DNA of 36,080 nt from Octopus bimaculoides. Lineage: Eukaryota. Made by a program: the position numbers and the translations under genes. Below are positions 33,130-36,080 of the stretch, in pieces. The notes below the pieces were generated by a model. The model made no database searches. It was not told where the DNA came from and worked only from the letters and a program-made list of their open reading frames with translations. The DNA lies in assembly GCF_001194135.2 (NCBI RefSeq), contig NC_069007.1, positions 16,800,098-16,836,177 on the forward strand, given 5' to 3'. Position 1 is the first letter of the stretch. Each line of letters begins with the position of its first letter.

Positions 33130-35035
33130 AAAGTAGAGATAATACTTTCAAACAGCTAATGAAAAAGCTGTATGTGAACATTATTGAAATTAGCCACTTC
33201 CAATGTGTGTGTGTATGTATGTATGTATGTGTGTATGTATATATGTATGTATGTGCATGTGTATCTGTGTGTATGTGTGTGTGGATGTGTGCATATGTAT
33301 GTATGTGTATGTATGTATATGTGTGTATGTTTGTAAATATGTGTGCGTATGTGTGTGCATGTATGTATGTATGTAGTTATATATGACTGCTTGCATGTAT
33401 ATATATGTGTATATGTATGTAGGTGTGTGTGTATGTTTGTATGTAGGTATGTATATATATATATATATATAATATATACGGCATGTTTATGTGCTTGTGT
33501 ATATATATTTCTGTGTGTGTGTATGTATATATGTATACATGTATGAGTCTATGTATANNNNNNNNNNNNNNNNNNNNNNNNNNNNNNNNNNNNNNNNNNN
33601 NNNNNNNNNNNNNNNNNNNNNNNNNNNNNNNNNNNNNNNNNNNNNNNNNNNNNNNNNNNNNNNNNNNNNNNNNNNNNNNNNNNNNNNNNNNNNNNNNNNN
33701 NNNNNNNNNNNNNNNNNNNNNNNNNNNNNNNNNNNNNNNNNNNNNNNNNNNNNNNNNNNNNNNNNNNNNNNNNNNNNNNNNNNNNNNNNNNNNNNNNNNN
33801 NNNNNNNNNNNNNNNNNNNNNNNNNNNNNNNNNNNNNNNNNNNNNNNNNNNNNNNNNNNNNNNNNNNNNNNNNNNNNNNNNNNNNNNNNNNNNNNNNNNN
33901 NNNNNNNNNNNNNNNNNNNNNNNNNNNNNNNNNNNNNNNNNNNNNNNNNNNNNNNNNNNNNNNNNNNNNNNNNNNNNNNNNNNNNNNNNNNNNNNNNNNN
34001 NNNNNNNNNNNNNNNNNNNNNNNNNNNNNNNNNNNNNNNNNNNNNNNNNNNNNNNNNNNNNNNNNNNNNNNNNNNNNNNNNNNNNNNNNNNNNNNNNNNN
34101 NNNNNNNNNNNNNNNNNNNNNNNNNNNNNNNNNNNNNNNNNNNNNNNNNNNNNNNNNNNNNNNNNNNNNNNNNNNNNNNNNNNNNNNNNNNNNNNNNNNN
34201 NNNNNNNNNNNNNNNNNNNNNNNNNNNNNNNNNNNNNNNNNNNNNNNNNNNNNNNNNNNNNNNNNNNNNNNNNNNNNNNNNNNNNNNNNNNNNNNNNNNN
34301 NNNNNNNNNNNNNNNNNNNNNNNNNNNNNNNNNNNNNNNNNNNNNNNNNNNNNNNNNNNGGTGGTGGTGGTAGTGGTGGTGGTGGTGGTGGTGGTGAGGA
34401 TAATGATGATGATGATGATGATGACAATGATGATGACGATGACGATGGTGGTGGTGGTTGTGGTGGTGGTGGCGGTGCTGGTGCTGGTGGTGGTGAGGAT
34501 AATGATGAAGATGATGATGAGGATGATGATGACAATGATGATGACGATGATGGTGGTCGTGGTGCTGGTGGCGGTGCTGGTGCTGCTGGTGGTGGTGGTG
34601 GTGAGGATAATGATGATGAGGATGATGACGATGGTGATGGTGATGATGATGGTGATGGTGATGATGACGATGATGATGACAATGATGATGACGATGATAA
34701 NNNNNNNNNNNNNNNNNNNNNNNNNNNNNNNNNNNNNNNNNNNNNNNNNNNNNNNNNNNNNNNNNNNNNNNNNNNNNNNNNNNNNNNNNNNNNNNNNNNN
34801 TATATATATACATAGAGAGAGAGAGGTGGAGAGAGAGAGGTGGAGAGAGACAGACAAACAGAGACAGACAGAAATATAGTTAGATAGATGGATAAATAGA
34901 CAGATGGGTAGATATAGGTAGAGATATATGCACAGTATAGCCAAATGTTTAAGATATTTGCTTTACAATCCCAAGATCTCAGGTTCAATCCTACAGCAGG
35001 GCATCTTGGACAAATGCCATTATATATATATTTAT

Positions 35036-35073
<38 letters not shown>

Positions 35074-35182
35074 NNNNNNNNNNNNNNNNNNNNNNNNNNN
35101 NNNNNNNNNNNNNNNNNNNNNNNNNNNNNNNNNNNNNNNNNNNNNNNNNNNNNNNNNNNNNNNNNNNNNNNNNNNNNNNNNN

Positions 35183-35228
<46 letters not shown>

Positions 35229-35381
35229 ATATATATACATATACACATACATATCTATATCTATATTTCTATATGTATGTGTATGCATGTAAATATATAT
35301 ATATGTATATACACATACATATCTATATCTATATGTATGTGTGTGTGTAATTATATATATGCACATACATATCTATATATC

Positions 35382-35418
<37 letters not shown>

Positions 35419-35420
35419 TC
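33130..35420. repeat. (TG/TA)n and (GGT/GAT)n microsatellite region with gaps; 34360-34700 shows a roughly 110-bp higher-order repeat
   Basis: Directly visible; GGTGAGGATAATGATG recurs three times. Confidence 0.9.
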
Positions 35421-35928
35421 CTAAAAAGGAATATATAAAAGATCTCATTAATAAAACCAATTCTTTTATACGTCGTATAAAAGCACCCACTACACTCTCT
35501 GAGTGGTTGGCGTTAGGAAGGGCATCCAGCTGTAGAAACTCTGCCAAATCAGATTGGAGCCTGGTGTAGCCATCTGGTTTCACCAGTCCTCAGTCAAATC
35601 GTCCAACCCATGCTAGCATGGAAAGCGGACGTTAAACGATGATGATGATCGTATGTGGTGGCGAGCATACTATCTCGACTGAGAAGAAAAAAGGATAAAC
35701 AACACCAAGAATGATAAGATGCTGCACATATATTCAAAACACAGAGACACCCACCACCAAACCTGCAACTGGCTAGATCCAGAGATGTCAACCCCCATGT
35801 GAAAGGTTAACATTTTTAAAGTCTCAACCATGTTAGGAGATGCCACATGTGTAAGCGTAAATACCATATTTACTTGTGTATAAATTGCTTTGCTTTATAT
35901 TTGATTTTAATTGAAAGAAAACTTGGGT

Positions 35929-36080
35929 GCGATTAGCTGGCTCTCTGTCAGTTATGATGACAAAGGTTCCTGTTGAGGCGATTAGCTGGCTCTCTGTCAG
36001 TTATGATGACAAAGGTTCCTGTTGAGGCGATTAGCTGGCTCTCTGTCAGTTATGATGACAAAGGTTCCTGTTGAGGCGAT
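35929..36080. repeat. Perfect 49-bp tandem repeat, 3+ copies, running off the window end
   Basis: GCGATTAGCTGGCTCTCTGTCAGTTATGATGACAAAGGTTCCTGTTGAG starting at 35929, 35978, 36027 and 36076. Confidence 0.95.

Overview
This is eukaryotic, AT-rich, microsatellite-dense draft scaffold DNA with about a dozen N-gaps. The repeat families resemble those I recall from octopus genomes, so the species is an inference. One protein-coding gene spans most of the window on the minus strand: a secreted purple acid phosphatase of the ACP7/PAPL type. I reconstructed an 11-exon constant body (15246 down to the stop at 2064). It reads in frame across every junction and keeps all five PAP metal-binding motifs (GDMG, GDFAY, GNHE, TMAH, AHEH). 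Upstream are three candidate signal-peptide first coding exons (28338-28194, 24104-23948, 22503-22347). All three end in P(D/E)QIHI(S/A)Y-G in phase 1 and can each splice to the same exon 2; two use GC donors. The introns hold tRNA-derived SINEs, mariner/Tc1 remnants, piggyBac-, hAT- and Tc1-type MITEs, and mini/microsatellites. Unusual structures include a two-MITE hAT composite with nested target-site duplications, a foldback element enclosing a degenerate hammerhead ribozyme, a perfect 175-bp inverted duplication, and a tRNA-like cloverleaf inside flanking inverted repeats. All coordinates and splice calls were read by hand; nothing was run through databases or predictors.
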